DNA from: Acidobacteriota bacterium
GTDB lineage: Bacteria; Acidobacteriota; G020349885
Reading direction: 5' to 3'
Assembly: GCA_020349885.1 (NCBI GenBank)
Contig: CP070701.1
Span: forward strand, 32,498 to 96,497
Length of the DNA: 64,000 bases
Shown here piece by piece: positions 31,418-40,941 of the stretch (position 1 is the first letter of the stretch; the number at the start of each line of letters is the position of its first letter). The notes beneath the pieces are model-generated. The model was given only the letters and a program-made list of their open reading frames with translations. It made no database searches and was not told the DNA's origin. The position numbers and the translations under genes were made by a program.

Positions 31418-32378
31418 TTATTGGAAGATTTCAAGTTTTCTCTGCAACGGGAGTGAATTTACGAATGACCGCGGAAGGCGGGCGGCGACGGCTGCCGCCG
31501 TCATCATGCTGCTGGCCGCGCTTGGGGCGGGCGCGGTTTGGGGAGAGGTTAGGTTCGGCAAGAAGGATAAGGGGGCGGAATCCGCTGCCTCGAACGAGGT
31601 GGTGTCCGCGTTCCAGGGACAGCATGTCGTGCCGCGCGTGGATTTGCCGCGCGGCAACCTTGTCATCAGGGGAGGCGTTGTGGATTTCGCCGAAATCGAG
31701 CGCCGAGCCGCCATAGTGGGTGAAGGCCCGCGCGCTGGAAGCGTTGTCCGCATGGACGAGGTGAGCGTCGGCTCTGAAAAAATTCGCTTCGTGCTCCGGG
31801 AGCCCGGCAAAAAACCCGACCCGCGCGCGCTGGGCCTCATCGTCCGCCCCGCGAAGGGAGAGACGCCCGGCGCGTATCGGAGCGTCGAGCGTTTGACGGG
31901 TTTGTTCGAGGAGTTGTTTGAGTTCGTCGAGCCGCCTGCTGAGCCCGCGCCCGCCTACGTCGTGAAGCGGCCCACCACACCCGCTCCTGCACCCCAAGAA
32001 GCACCGGAGCCTGCCGAGACGGAGCGCCGCCCCCCGCCGCCTTCTTTTGACGATGCCGCGCCTGCAACCCAGGAAGCTCCGGAGCCCGCCGAGACGGAGC
32101 GCCGCCCCCCGCCGCCGCCTTCTTCTGACGACGCGGCGCCTTCGGAAGCCGACGAGCAGCCGGCCGGCGACGAATCGGAAGGAATCGTGGACGGGCCGAC
32201 GCTTGCCACCGGGATGAGCAAGCAGGAGCTTGTCGAGCAGTTCGGGGAGCCGCTTGAGCGCGACGTCTCGTTCGAGGGCGACGTCGTCGTGGAAAAATGG
32301 TTCTACGAATTTTCCGACCACTCGTCCGTGCTCGTCTTCCTGCGCGACGGCGTGGTCGAGCGGATCAAGCGGTTCTAG
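31410..32378 (+). CDS. Hypothetical secreted protein with tandem Pro-rich repeats
   Basis: An N-terminal hydrophobic segment (VIMLLAALGAGAVWG) is followed by a central QEAPEPAETERRPPPP(P)S(F/S)DDAAP unit repeated twice. The conserved-looking C-terminal domain (VVEKWFYEFSDHSSVLVFLRDGVVERIKRF) has no homology I can name. Confidence 0.45.
   Translation: MNNYWKISSFLCNGSEFTNDRGRRAATAAAVIMLLAALGAGAVWGEVRFGKKDKGAESAASNEVVSAFQGQHVVPRVDLPRGNLVIRGGVVDFAEIERRAAIVGEGPRAGSVVRMDEVSVGSEKIRFVLREPGKKPDPRALGLIVRPAKGETPGAYRSVERLTGLFEELFEFVEPPAEPAPAYVVKRPTTPAPAPQEAPEPAETERRPPPPSFDDAAPATQEAPEPAETERRPPPPPSSDDAAPSEADEQPAGDESEGIVDGPTLATGMSKQELVEQFGEPLERDVSFEGDVVVEKWFYEFSDHSSVLVFLRDGVVERIKRF
31996..32146 (+). repeat. 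Direct tandem repeat (about 75 nt x 2, roughly 90 % identical) inside the Pro-rich protein gene
   Basis: CAAGAAGCACCGGAGCCTGCCGAGACGGAGCGCCGCCCCCCGCCGCC... recurs as CAGGAAGCTCCGGAGCCCGCCGAGACGGAGCGCCGCCCCCCGCCGCCGCC... Confidence 0.75.
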
Positions 32379-32452
32379 GGAGGGGTTTCAAGGGGTTCAG
32401 AGAGTTCAGTACGCTCAGGGGGGGGGCGGAAAGTATTGGAGTGTTTCAGCAG

Positions 32453-33535
32453 ATGAAGGCGATCGTCAAGGCCAAGCCCGTCGGGGGACGGGAAGGCACC
32501 GAGTTGCGCGACGTGCCCGCCCCGAAGCCCGGAAGGGGTGAGGTGGTCGTGAAGGTGCTTGCGAGCGGCCTCTGCGGCTCCGACCGCCACATCTACAACT
32601 GGACCGGCGGAATGGACGAGTACATCAAGCCGCCCCGTGTCTACGGCCATGAGTTCTGCGGTGAGGTGGCCGAGCTGGGCCCACACGTGAAGAAGCATCT
32701 CGCGGTCGGCGACTACGTGTCCGCCGAGATGCACGTCACCTGCGGCAGCTGCTATCTCTGCCGCACGGGGCAGGGACACGTCTGCCAGGAAACCAAGATA
32801 TTGGGCATTCACGACGACGGGTGCTTTGCCGAGTACGTCAAGGTGCCGGCGCGCAACGTCCTGAAGCTCGACCGGACTCTGATCCCGCCGCGCGTGGGAG
32901 CCTTTCTCGACGCCCTCGGAAACGCCGTACACGTGGCATTCGAGTTTCCCTTCACGGGGCGGAGCGTCGCCGTCACCGGCTACGGCCCCATCGGCGCGAT
33001 GGCGGCCTCCATCGCCCACATGGGCGGCGCGGGCGCCGTTCACATCACGGAAATTGCTCCGTTCGCCCTCGAGAGGGCGCGCGAGTGGAAGAAATCCACC
33101 GGCGCGGAGCACGTGTACATCTACGACACGTCGCAGGGGGGCGACGAGGCCGTGGCCGCGATCCGCGAGTCGACGGGCGGCGGCACGGACCTCCTGTGGG
33201 AGATGTCCGGCGACCCGCGGGCCATCAACGACGGCTTCCGCATGCTGCGCCCGGGGGGCGTCGCCGCGCTCCTGGGGCTTCCCAAGGACCCGCGCGTCAC
33301 GATCGGGCGCTATTACAGCGACGTCATCTGGCGGGGGCTCACGCTCAAGGGGATCGTGGGGCGCAGGATGTTCGAGACATGGCACCGGATGCTCGCGCTT
33401 TTCGAGGGCGGCCTGCGCGTCGAGCACGTCGTGACGGGCGAGTTCGAGGGGCTGGAGAAATTTCTCGAGGCCATGGAGACCTTCAACGACGGCCGCTCGC
33501 TCAAGGTCGTGGTCTATCCGGGAGGGAAGCCGTAG
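32453..33535 (+). CDS. tdh: L-threonine 3-dehydrogenase (Zn-dependent MDR family)
   Basis: The Zn-ADH motifs GLCGSDRH, the structural-Zn Cys cluster [15 protein letters not shown] and the GxGxxG segment ([12 protein letters not shown]) are present. It lies immediately upstream of kbl, the classic tdh-kbl pair. The ATG at 32453 starts MKAIVKAKP. Confidence 0.9.
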   Translation: MKAIVKAKPVGGREGTELRDVPAPKPGRGEVVVKVLASGLCGSDRHIYNWTGGMDEYIKPPRVYGHEFCGEVAELGPHVKKHLAVGDYVSAEMHVTCGSCYLCRTGQGHVCQETKILGIHDDGCFAEYVKVPARNVLKLDRTLIPPRVGAFLDALGNAVHVAFEFPFTGRSVAVTGYGPIGAMAASIAHMGGAGAVHITEIAPFALERAREWKKSTGAEHVYIYDTSQGGDEAVAAIRESTGGGTDLLWEMSGDPRAINDGFRMLRPGGVAALLGLPKDPRVTIGRYYSDVIWRGLTLKGIVGRRMFETWHRMLALFEGGLRVEHVVTGEFEGLEKFLEAMETFNDGRSLKVVVYPGGKP

Positions 33536-33579
33536 AGAGAGTTCAGGGAGTTCGGGGAATTCAGAAGGAAGGAAGAGCG

Positions 33580-34812
33580 ATGCTCGAGGAAAAAGTCGAA
33601 GACAGATTGCAGGAAACCCTGAGGGAAATCCGCTCCGGGGGCCTCTGGAAGGAGGAGCGCGTCCTTACCTCGCCGCAGGGGGCCGGAATTCGCGTCGAGA
33701 CACCCGAGGGCGAGCGCGAGGTTCTCAACTTCTGCGCGAACAATTACCTCGGGCTTGCCAACCACCCGCGCCTCCTCGCCGCCGCGGAGCGCGGCCTCGC
33801 GTCGCACGGACTCGGCCTCGCGTCGGTGCGCTTCATCTGCGGCACGCAGGATATGCACAAGACGCTCGAAGAGCGACTCTCGGAATTTTTGCGGACCGAC
33901 GACACGATTCTCTACACGTCCTGCTTCGACGCGAACGGCGGGCTCTTCGAGACGCTCCTGAGCGCCGAGGACGCCGTCATCTCGGACGCGCTGAACCATG
34001 CCTCCATCATCGACGGCATTCGCCTCTGCAAGGCCGAGCGCCGCCGCTTCAAGCACCTCGACATGGACGACCTCGAGCGCCACCTCAAGGAGACCCGCAA
34101 TAAGCGCACGCGCCTCGTGGCCACGGACGGCGTTTTCTCGATGGACGGCGACGTGGCGTTGCTGAAGGACGTGTGCGACCTGGCGGAAAAATACGGCGCG
34201 CTCGTCATGGTGGACGATTCGCACGCGACGGGCTTCATGGGTGAGCACGGGCGCGGCACGCCCGAGCTCTGCGGTGTCGAGGGGCGCGTCGACGTTCTCA
34301 CGAGCACGTTGGGGAAGGCCATGGGGGGCGCCTCGGGCGGCTTCACGACGGGGCGCAGGGAAATCATCTCGCTTCTCCGCCAGCGCTCGCGCCCCTACCT
34401 TTTCTCGAACACCCTGGCCCCGGCGCTCGTTGCCGCCTCCATCGAGGTCGTGGATTTGCTGCGGGAGTCGACCGCCCTTCGTGACAAGCTCGAGGAGAAC
34501 ACGAAAATATTTCGCCGGGCCATGACCGACGCGGGCTTTCCCGTCCGCGAGGGCGTGCACCCCATCGTGCCCGTCATGCTGGGGGAATTTCAAAATACCT
34601 ACGAGGGAGGGGACGCGAAGCTCGCGCAGGACATGGCGGCGGCGCTTCTCGAAGAGGGCATCTACGTCATCGGATTCTCCTACCCGGTGGTGCCGCGCGG
34701 CGCTGCGCGCATCCGGGTGCAGATATCCGCCGCGCATGAAAAGGAGCACCTCGACCGCGCCGTCGGGGCGTTCGTGAAGGTGGGGAAAAAATTCGGGGTG
34801 GTGAGTAGCTGA
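33580..34812 (+). CDS. kbl: Glycine C-acetyltransferase (2-amino-3-ketobutyrate CoA ligase)
   Basis: An AOS-family PLP enzyme ([14 protein letters not shown]; [15 protein letters not shown]; [15 protein letters not shown] with the PLP Lys). The ATG at 33580 follows a GGAAGGAAG SD. The longer listed ORF (32821-) is an out-of-frame overlap with tdh and is not coding. Confidence 0.9.
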   Translation: MLEEKVEDRLQETLREIRSGGLWKEERVLTSPQGAGIRVETPEGEREVLNFCANNYLGLANHPRLLAAAERGLASHGLGLASVRFICGTQDMHKTLEERLSEFLRTDDTILYTSCFDANGGLFETLLSAEDAVISDALNHASIIDGIRLCKAERRRFKHLDMDDLERHLKETRNKRTRLVATDGVFSMDGDVALLKDVCDLAEKYGALVMVDDSHATGFMGEHGRGTPELCGVEGRVDVLTSTLGKAMGGASGGFTTGRREIISLLRQRSRPYLFSNTLAPALVAASIEVVDLLRESTALRDKLEENTKIFRRAMTDAGFPVREGVHPIVPVMLGEFQNTYEGGDAKLAQDMAAALLEEGIYVIGFSYPVVPRGAARIRVQISAAHEKEHLDRAVGAFVKVGKKFGVVSS

Positions 34813-34860
34813 CGATGGAAGAGGAAATCAGCTGCTTAATAGCAAACGCTGTCTTCTAAG

Positions 34861-35268
34861 CTACTTCCCTCCCCGCAGCGCCACCGCGTCAATCTCGACT
34901 CTCGCCCCCTTCGGAAGCGCCGCGACCTGCACCGTGGCGCGCACGGGCGGCTCCTCCTTGAAGTAGGAGCCGTAGACCTCGTTCACCGCGGCGAAATCGC
35001 CAATGTCGGTCACGTAGATCGTCGTCTTGACGACGTCGGCGAACGTGAGCCCCGCCGCGGCGAGCACCGCCTTCAGGTTCTCCATCACGCGGCGCGTCTC
35101 GTCTTTAATGCCTCCCGAGACGAGCTCTCCGGTCGCCGGGTCGAGCGGGATCTGGCCCGATAGGAACACGAAGCAGCCGACCTCGACCGCTTGAGAATAG
35201 GGGCCGATGGCGGCGGGCGCTTCCGGGGTGGAGATGACGCGTTTCTCGTGCTTCTTGTCGCGGCTCAT
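34861..35268 (-). CDS. ridA: RidA/YjgF-family reactive-intermediate (enamine/imine) deaminase
   Basis: The 135-aa translation shows typical RidA sequence (APAAIGPYSQAV...FLSGQIPLDP; TTIYVTDIGDFAAVNEVY; ARATVQVAALPKGARVEI). Confidence 0.85.
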   Translation of the reverse strand: MSRDKKHEKRVISTPEAPAAIGPYSQAVEVGCFVFLSGQIPLDPATGELVSGGIKDETRRVMENLKAVLAAAGLTFADVVKTTIYVTDIGDFAAVNEVYGSYFKEEPPVRATVQVAALPKGARVEIDAVALRGGK

Positions 35269-36941
35269 CTCACGTGACTCCAGGGATAGTCGGCGGCGTC
35301 CACCACGCGGCGCGCCACGTTGAGGCGGGACTCGTCGTCATGCTCGTCGAGGGCGGCGGCGTTTCGTAGAAACCGGTGCCGCGCCTCGCGCGCGAACGTC
35401 TTGGCGATGAGAATCTCATCGGCGGCCTCCTTTTCGCCCTTTTGCTCGACGGAGCGCGTCACGCGCGACAGCGTCGCTGAGAGGCAGTAGAGGTCGATGA
35501 GCATATCGGCGAAGCGTTCCTGAAGGATTTCACGCTCGCGGATCTCCTTTCCGAGGCGCTGAACCAGGGCTTCGCTCTTTTTCGCCAGCACCTCCGCGAA
35601 TTCCGCCACGACGCCGGCCTCGTCACGGAGCGCGGCGTGCGGCTTTGACAGGGCCGCGGTTTTCCCGCCCGCGCCGCTCGTTTCCGCGCCCTTCGAGGCC
35701 CTGCGGACGGCCCTGCGCACTTCCTGCAGCCCCAGGGTGGCGATCAGGAGCCGCTGGATCTCGTTCGTTCCCTCGAAAATCAGGTTGATCCGGGCGTCGC
35801 GGAGGAACCGCTCGTAGGGATATTCCGTCATGTAGCCGTTTCCGCCGACGGTCTGCACGGCGTCGTTGATGACGTCCCAGAGCGCCTCCGAGCCGTAGGT
35901 CTTGCACACGGCGGACTCCATCTGGAAATCCTCCGCTCCCCCGTCACAGAGCCCCGACGTGAGGTAGACGGCGCTTTCGAGCACGTACACGCCCATCGCC
36001 ATGCGCCAGAGTTTTTCCTGGATCATCTCGAACTCGGCGATGGGGCGTCCGAACTGCTTGCGCTGCGCGGCGTGCAGGGCCGCCTCCCGGATCATGCGCC
36101 GCGCCGCGCCGATGCAGCTTGCCCCGAGGCTCATGCGGCCGTAGGTGAGGACGTCGAGGGCGATCTTGAAGCCTTCGCCCACCCGGCCGACGAGGTTTTC
36201 CACGGGCACGCGGACGTCTTCGAACGTGAGAGAGGTCGTGCACGACCCCCTGAGGCCGAGCTTGTCCTCGTTCTTGCCGACGACGAGCCCTTCCATGTCT
36301 TTGGTGAGAATCAGGCAGCCGATGCGGCCGTCGGCACCCTCGCCCTCCACGCGCGCGAATATGGTGAACACGTCGGCCCATGCGCCGTTCGTAATCCATT
36401 GCTTGGAGCCGTTGAGCACGTAGTGGGTTTTGTCGTCCGAGAGACGGGCCGTCGTGCGCATGCTCATGGCGTCGCTTCCCGCCTCGGGCTCGGTGAGCGC
36501 GTAGCACGCGACCCATTCGCCGGTAGCCAGCTTGGGAAGAAATTTCTCCTTCTGTTCTTTCGTGCCGTAAAGGACGAGCGCCTTGGAGCCGATCGAGCTG
36601 TGCCCGCCCACGAAGATTCCCGTCGAGGCGCACGTCGTGGCGAGCTCCTCGCACACCCGGCAGAAGGCCGTCTGGGACATGCCGAAGCCGCCGAATTCCT
36701 CGGGAAACGTCATTCCGAGGATTCCGAGCTCGCCGAGGCCCCGGCGCACTTCCTCGGGGACGGTCTTTTCCCTGTCGATGCGGACGGCGTCCACCTTCTC
36801 GCCGAGAAATTTTCTCAGGGACTCGAGGAGCACGGGAAGGCTCTCGCGCTCGTCCTCGCGGAGCTCGGGGAAGGGAAAGATCTCGTCTTCGGGAACGCGT
36901 CCCAGAAAGAGGCTTTTGGCGAAGCTCAGGTTTTCTGTCAT
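35265..36941 (-). CDS. Acyl-CoA dehydrogenase (long form with C-terminal helical extension)
   Basis: ACAD N-terminal, middle and C-terminal domain signatures are present (GWVACYALTEPEAGSD; catalytic region YERFLRDARINLIFEGTNEIQRLLIA). A roughly 170-aa C-terminal extension follows. Confidence 0.85.
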   Translation of the reverse strand: MTENLSFAKSLFLGRVPEDEIFPFPELREDERESLPVLLESLRKFLGEKVDAVRIDREKTVPEEVRRGLGELGILGMTFPEEFGGFGMSQTAFCRVCEELATTCASTGIFVGGHSSIGSKALVLYGTKEQKEKFLPKLATGEWVACYALTEPEAGSDAMSMRTTARLSDDKTHYVLNGSKQWITNGAWADVFTIFARVEGEGADGRIGCLILTKDMEGLVVGKNEDKLGLRGSCTTSLTFEDVRVPVENLVGRVGEGFKIALDVLTYGRMSLGASCIGAARRMIREAALHAAQRKQFGRPIAEFEMIQEKLWRMAMGVYVLESAVYLTSGLCDGGAEDFQMESAVCKTYGSEALWDVINDAVQTVGGNGYMTEYPYERFLRDARINLIFEGTNEIQRLLIATLGLQEVRRAVRRASKGAETSGAGGKTAALSKPHAALRDEAGVVAEFAEVLAKKSEALVQRLGKEIREREILQERFADMLIDLYCLSATLSRVTRSVEQKGEKEAADEILIAKTFAREARHRFLRNAAALDEHDDESRLNVARRVVDAADYPWSHVR

Positions 36942-37025
36942 CGTGCGCAGGCTCCGTTAGCGGCAAGTATAAAAGAACGCTTATGGGAAGGCAACCCGGC
37001 GCGCGGGCCGGTCATGCGCGGCGTA

Positions 37026-37054
37026 TTGCCGCCCCATGCGGCTTTTGCTACAAT
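37026..37054 (+). promoter_or_regulatory. Putative sigma70 promoter (TTGCCG-17-TACAAT)
   Basis: -35 TTGCCG at 37026-31, a 17-nt spacer, then -10 TACAAT at 37049-54. It points toward the SDR remnant and the kinase gene. Confidence 0.45.
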
Positions 37055-37083
37055 ACGGCTGTACGCTTCCAGGCTTTACGCAC

Positions 37084-37242
37084 ATGATTGAAAACCACTC
37101 TGATAGGCGTGCTCCCCTGCGGCGCGGCATCACCCACGTAGAGGCGGCGCACGGGGCGCTCTTTTTGTCGAGCCCTCATGCCGGCGGCATCACGGGGCGG
37201 GTGCCTGCCGTGGACGCGGGTTATTTCATCATGGGAGCCTGA
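37084..37242 (+). pseudogene. Remnant of a short-chain dehydrogenase/reductase (SDR) C-terminus
   Basis: The 52-aa translation MIENHSDRRAPLRRGITHVEAAHGALFLSSPHAGGITGRVPAVDAGYFIMGA matches the characteristic SDR C-terminal tail (…ALFLASDxAxxITGQxLxVDGGxxM). There is no Rossmann or catalytic portion upstream. Confidence 0.4.
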
Positions 37243-37256
37243 GGCGGGGGACGGCG

Positions 37257-40208
37257 TTGGCGAAAAGCTGGGAGGCATTCCGCGCGCGTTTCTCCGGCAA
37301 CTACGGCCGGGCCGCCGACATTTACCTTCGCGCGGGCAAGTATAAAAAGGCGTTGAGCATGTACATTCGCGCGGGGCTCCTCGACCAGGCCGCGCGACTG
37401 GCCATGCAGATGGGCGACAACGCCTACGCCGTGCAGCTTTTTATCAAGGACAGAAACTACCGCGCCGCGGGTGACCTGTACGCGAAAATGGGCCGCTTCT
37501 CGCAGGCCGTGGAGTGCTTCATGCAGTCGAAGGAACTGGGGCACGCGGCGCGGCTTTTGGAAAAAAACGGCCAGTTCGAACGCGCCGCCGCCATCTGGGT
37601 CCAGGCGCGGCGCAAGGACCTGGCGGCGGCCGCCCTGGTCAAGGGGAATCTCCCCGACCAGGCGGTGCCCCTTCTCGAAGAACTCCTGGAGCAGATGACC
37701 CGCGACTCCGTCTCCCTCGACGACTACGGAGCGCAGATTCGGAAATACGCGGGCTATTGCGGCCGCTACTATAGGGACAAGGGGCGCCCCTTCCAGGCCG
37801 CGACGTGCTTTGAGCGCGCGGGCATGAAGGAGGAAGCCGCGCGGGCCCATGCGCAGGCGGGCAATCCCCAGCGCGCCGTCAGGATTTACTACGACCTGCG
37901 GGAATGGGAAAAAGCAGCCGAGCTCATCGGCACGTTTCCCGCTCCCCCCGCAGAGGCCGAAGCCTACGGCGACGCCCTGCTTCAGGCGGGCGAGTACGAG
38001 CGCGCCGGGCAGATGTTCGAGAAGGGCAGCCTTCCCTTCCGCGCGGCGGACTGCTACGAGGAGATCGGGGAATACGAGCGCGCCGCGGAGATTTACCTTC
38101 GGAAAAGCGACCCTCTGCGCGCGGCCGAACTCTTTGCGCAGGCCGACGACTTCGCGCAGGCAGCCGTCCTCTTTGCAAAGGGCGGAAACTTCGCCCATGC
38201 CGCGCAGTGCTTCGAGCGTCACGGCAACAAGGAAGAGGCCGCCAGCGCGTATCTAAAGGGGAAAAAGCCGCTTGAAGCCGCCAAGCTGTATCTGGCCCTT
38301 CAAAACGAGCGGAAGGCCATCGAGGCGCTCCAGTCGGTTCCGCCCGAGTCGCCCGGCTACCAGGACGCGGCCTTTTATCTGGCCCAGCTTTTCACGAAAA
38401 CGGGACGCTTCGAGCTCGCCCTCGAAAAGTTCAAGGAGGCCATCGGGCGTAGCCCGCTCGGGGTGGACACGGTGGACAAGTACTACCGCCTGGCCATCTG
38501 CCTCGAGGAGATGAAAAAATTCGCCAAGTCGCGCGAGATCTATAACCGCATCCTTTCCGTCCAGTACGGCTACGCCGACGTGGAGGCCCGTCTCGAGGCG
38601 CTCGGAAAAAGGGAGGCGGAGGTGCCGGTGCCCGAGGAGACGCTCTCCGTGAGCCGCAAGCAGGTCTCGCTGACCTTCTCCGGCCGCTACGAGATTACCG
38701 ACGCGCTGGATGAGACGACCTACAAGGGATGGGACTCGAGCCTGGGCCGGGTGGTGGCCATCCGCCGGTACGACATGGCCGAGGTGGTGCAGCAGTGGCC
38801 CGGCTACGAGGATCGCCTGCGCGAGGTGGCGGCGCTCTCGCATCCCAACATCGTCAGCCTCTACGATACCGCCACCCAGGATGAAAGTCTCTTTCTTTTT
38901 CACGAGTACCTGAGCGGCACGAGCCTGCGGCAGATTCTCGCCACGCGCAAGTCGATGCCGCCCGCGACCGGCATGGTGATCGGAACGCAGATCGGACGCG
39001 CCCTGGAATGCGCGCACTCGAAGGACGTCGTCCACGGCGCCCTTCGGCCGGAATGCATCATTATCTCGGGCGAGAACGAGGTGAAGGTTTCGGAGTTCGC
39101 GCTGGGCGCTGTACCGGCCGCCTACGAGCCTCCCGAGGCCGCGCAGGGGCGCGCCCCCTCGAAGGAAAGCGACCTCTATCAGTTTGCCCTCGTCCTGCAC
39201 GAGATGCTTGCGGGAAAACTTCCGGAAAAGGGAAAGCTGTCTCTGCCCGCGGGACTCTCTCCGTTGCTCTGCGAGCTCATCGGGAAGGCGCTTGCGCCCC
39301 GCCCCGAGGCGCGCCCCCGCACGGCGCAGGAGTTTTTGAGAGTGTTCTCGGAGGCGGGAATCATGCCGGGCGTCGTCATATCGTCCCGCTATGAAATTCT
39401 CGAGGAACTCGGCACCGGCGGCATGGGAAAGGTCTACAAGGCGCTCGATCGCGAGCTCGGCGAGGAGATTGCGCTGAAGTCCCTGCACAGCGATTTAATG
39501 CGCGACACCGAGGCGCGGGAGCGCTTCCTGCGGGAAATTAAGCTTCTGCGCAAAATCACGCATCCCAACGTGGTGCGGGTCCACGACATCGGGCGCTGGG
39601 AGGACCACGAGTTTCTCACGATGGAATACCTCGACGCCGAGAACCTGTTCGACCATGTCAAGCGGCGCGGGCCTTTCGCCGCGCCTGCCGGCGCTCAACT
39701 GGCCGTCCAGATTTGCGACGGCCTCGAGCAGGCGCATCGCCACAAAATCATCCACCGCGACCTCAAGCCCCAGAACATCGTCGTCACGGCCGACGGGACG
39801 CCGAAAATTTTGGACTTCGGCATCGCGCGGGCGGGCGGCGAGGGCAAGGAGCTCACGGCCACGGGCCAGCTCATCGGCTCGCCCAAGTACATGTCGCCGG
39901 AGCAGATTCTGGGCAAGGCGGTGGACGTTCGAAGCGACCTATATTCCCTCGGAATTGTTTTCTATTACATGTTCGGCGGCCGCGAACCTTTTGAGGGAGA
40001 AACGGTCGAGGCCGTCGTTATGAGGCAGATCGAAAAAATGCCCCCTCCGCTCGCGTCGTTCGTGCCCCAATTCCCCGCCTGGCTCGACGAGGTCATCGCC
40101 AAGGTGTTGCGCAAGAATCCCGCGGAGCGCTACGCTTCGGCCGCTTCCCTGCGCGCGGCATTCGAGGAAGGGCTGAAACGCCAGGAAGGGCAAGCCGGCG
40201 TACGGTGA
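37257..40208 (+). CDS. Multidomain protein: Ala-rich ~13-residue helical-repeat (TPR-like) array, a degenerate pseudokinase domain and a canonical Hanks-type Ser/Thr protein kinase domain
   Basis: The N-terminal roughly 430 aa are repeats of the form FAQADDFAQAAVL/FAKGGNFAHAAQC. The middle domain is kinase-like but lacks the G-loop and has VAIRR, HGALRPECI and SEFALG in place of VAIK, HRDLKPEN and DFG. The C-terminal domain has intact GTGGMGKVY, IALKSL, HRDLKPQNIV, DFGIA and SPEQ motifs. The start is a TTG at 37257, so it is uncertain. Confidence 0.8.
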   Translation: MAKSWEAFRARFSGNYGRAADIYLRAGKYKKALSMYIRAGLLDQAARLAMQMGDNAYAVQLFIKDRNYRAAGDLYAKMGRFSQAVECFMQSKELGHAARLLEKNGQFERAAAIWVQARRKDLAAAALVKGNLPDQAVPLLEELLEQMTRDSVSLDDYGAQIRKYAGYCGRYYRDKGRPFQAATCFERAGMKEEAARAHAQAGNPQRAVRIYYDLREWEKAAELIGTFPAPPAEAEAYGDALLQAGEYERAGQMFEKGSLPFRAADCYEEIGEYERAAEIYLRKSDPLRAAELFAQADDFAQAAVLFAKGGNFAHAAQCFERHGNKEEAASAYLKGKKPLEAAKLYLALQNERKAIEALQSVPPESPGYQDAAFYLAQLFTKTGRFELALEKFKEAIGRSPLGVDTVDKYYRLAICLEEMKKFAKSREIYNRILSVQYGYADVEARLEALGKREAEVPVPEETLSVSRKQVSLTFSGRYEITDALDETTYKGWDSSLGRVVAIRRYDMAEVVQQWPGYEDRLREVAALSHPNIVSLYDTATQDESLFLFHEYLSGTSLRQILATRKSMPPATGMVIGTQIGRALECAHSKDVVHGALRPECIIISGENEVKVSEFALGAVPAAYEPPEAAQGRAPSKESDLYQFALVLHEMLAGKLPEKGKLSLPAGLSPLLCELIGKALAPRPEARPRTAQEFLRVFSEAGIMPGVVISSRYEILEELGTGGMGKVYKALDRELGEEIALKSLHSDLMRDTEARERFLREIKLLRKITHPNVVRVHDIGRWEDHEFLTMEYLDAENLFDHVKRRGPFAAPAGAQLAVQICDGLEQAHRHKIIHRDLKPQNIVVTADGTPKILDFGIARAGGEGKELTATGQLIGSPKYMSPEQILGKAVDVRSDLYSLGIVFYYMFGGREPFEGETVEAVVMRQIEKMPPPLASFVPQFPAWLDEVIAKVLRKNPAERYASAASLRAAFEEGLKRQEGQAGVR

Positions 40209-40215
40209 CCCTGCC

Positions 40216-40941
40216 TTGCGCCTTTCGATCGTGGTGCCCGTTTACAACGAAGCCCGCGCCGTTGGGTCCGTCCTGGAAAAACTTCTTGCTTTGGAGACGG
40301 CCTGTCCGGAAAAGGAGATTCTCGTTGTGGACGACGGCTCGACCGACGAAACGCGCGCCGAGGTGGAGCGAGTGGCCGAGCGGCACGCCGGCGTGCGGCT
40401 GCTGAGTCATGACTCGAACCGCGGAAAGGGGACCGCGGTTCGGACCGCTATTGCGCAGGCCCGGGGCGGCATTGTGGTCATGATAGACGCCGACGGGGAG
40501 TTGGATCCCGACGACTTGCCCGCCGTCGTTGCCCCGCTTGTGGAGGGCCGAGCGGATGCGGTCAACGGTTCGCGCTTTTTGGCGGACGCAGGGTCGAGCG
40601 TGCCGTGGCTCAACTACGCGGCCAATCGCTTGCTTACCCTGACGTTGAATATCCTCTACGGCGCGCGCCTCACCGACGTCGAGTCGGGGCTTAAGGCCTT
40701 TCGCCGGGAGGCCATCCTGGGGCTGCGCCTTCGTGCCAGACGGTTTGAATTCGAAGCCGAAGTGACGGCGAAGCTCTTGCGGGCGGGGAGGCGCATCGAG
40801 GAAACGCCTGTGCGTTACCGCGCCCTGACCCAGGGTCATGAGAAAACCATCGGATGGCGCGACGGCGTCCAGGCGCTCTGGGTCTTGGCCAAGTGCCGCG
40901 TGCTGCCGCGTCGGTGCATTCTACGAGAGCACGCGCCATGA
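40216..40941 (+). CDS. Family-2 glycosyltransferase (polyprenyl-phosphate sugar synthase-like)
   Basis: GT2 motifs are present (LSIVVPVYNEA; ILVVDDGSTDET; DxD in MIDADGE). Length is 241 aa. The start is TTG. Confidence 0.8.
   Translation: MRLSIVVPVYNEARAVGSVLEKLLALETACPEKEILVVDDGSTDETRAEVERVAERHAGVRLLSHDSNRGKGTAVRTAIAQARGGIVVMIDADGELDPDDLPAVVAPLVEGRADAVNGSRFLADAGSSVPWLNYAANRLLTLTLNILYGARLTDVESGLKAFRREAILGLRLRARRFEFEAEVTAKLLRAGRRIEETPVRYRALTQGHEKTIGWRDGVQALWVLAKCRVLPRRCILREHAP

Noticed and set aside
32821-33579. N-terminal 250 aa of the 663-aa ORF containing kbl
   Set aside because: It overlaps tdh in another frame and is Arg/Gly-rich low-complexity. Kbl homology begins at the ATG at 33580, which has its own SD.
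38253-39488. 411-aa minus-strand ORF antisense to the kinase gene
   Set aside because: The plus strand encodes unmistakable Hanks-kinase motifs. The antisense frame is low-complexity.
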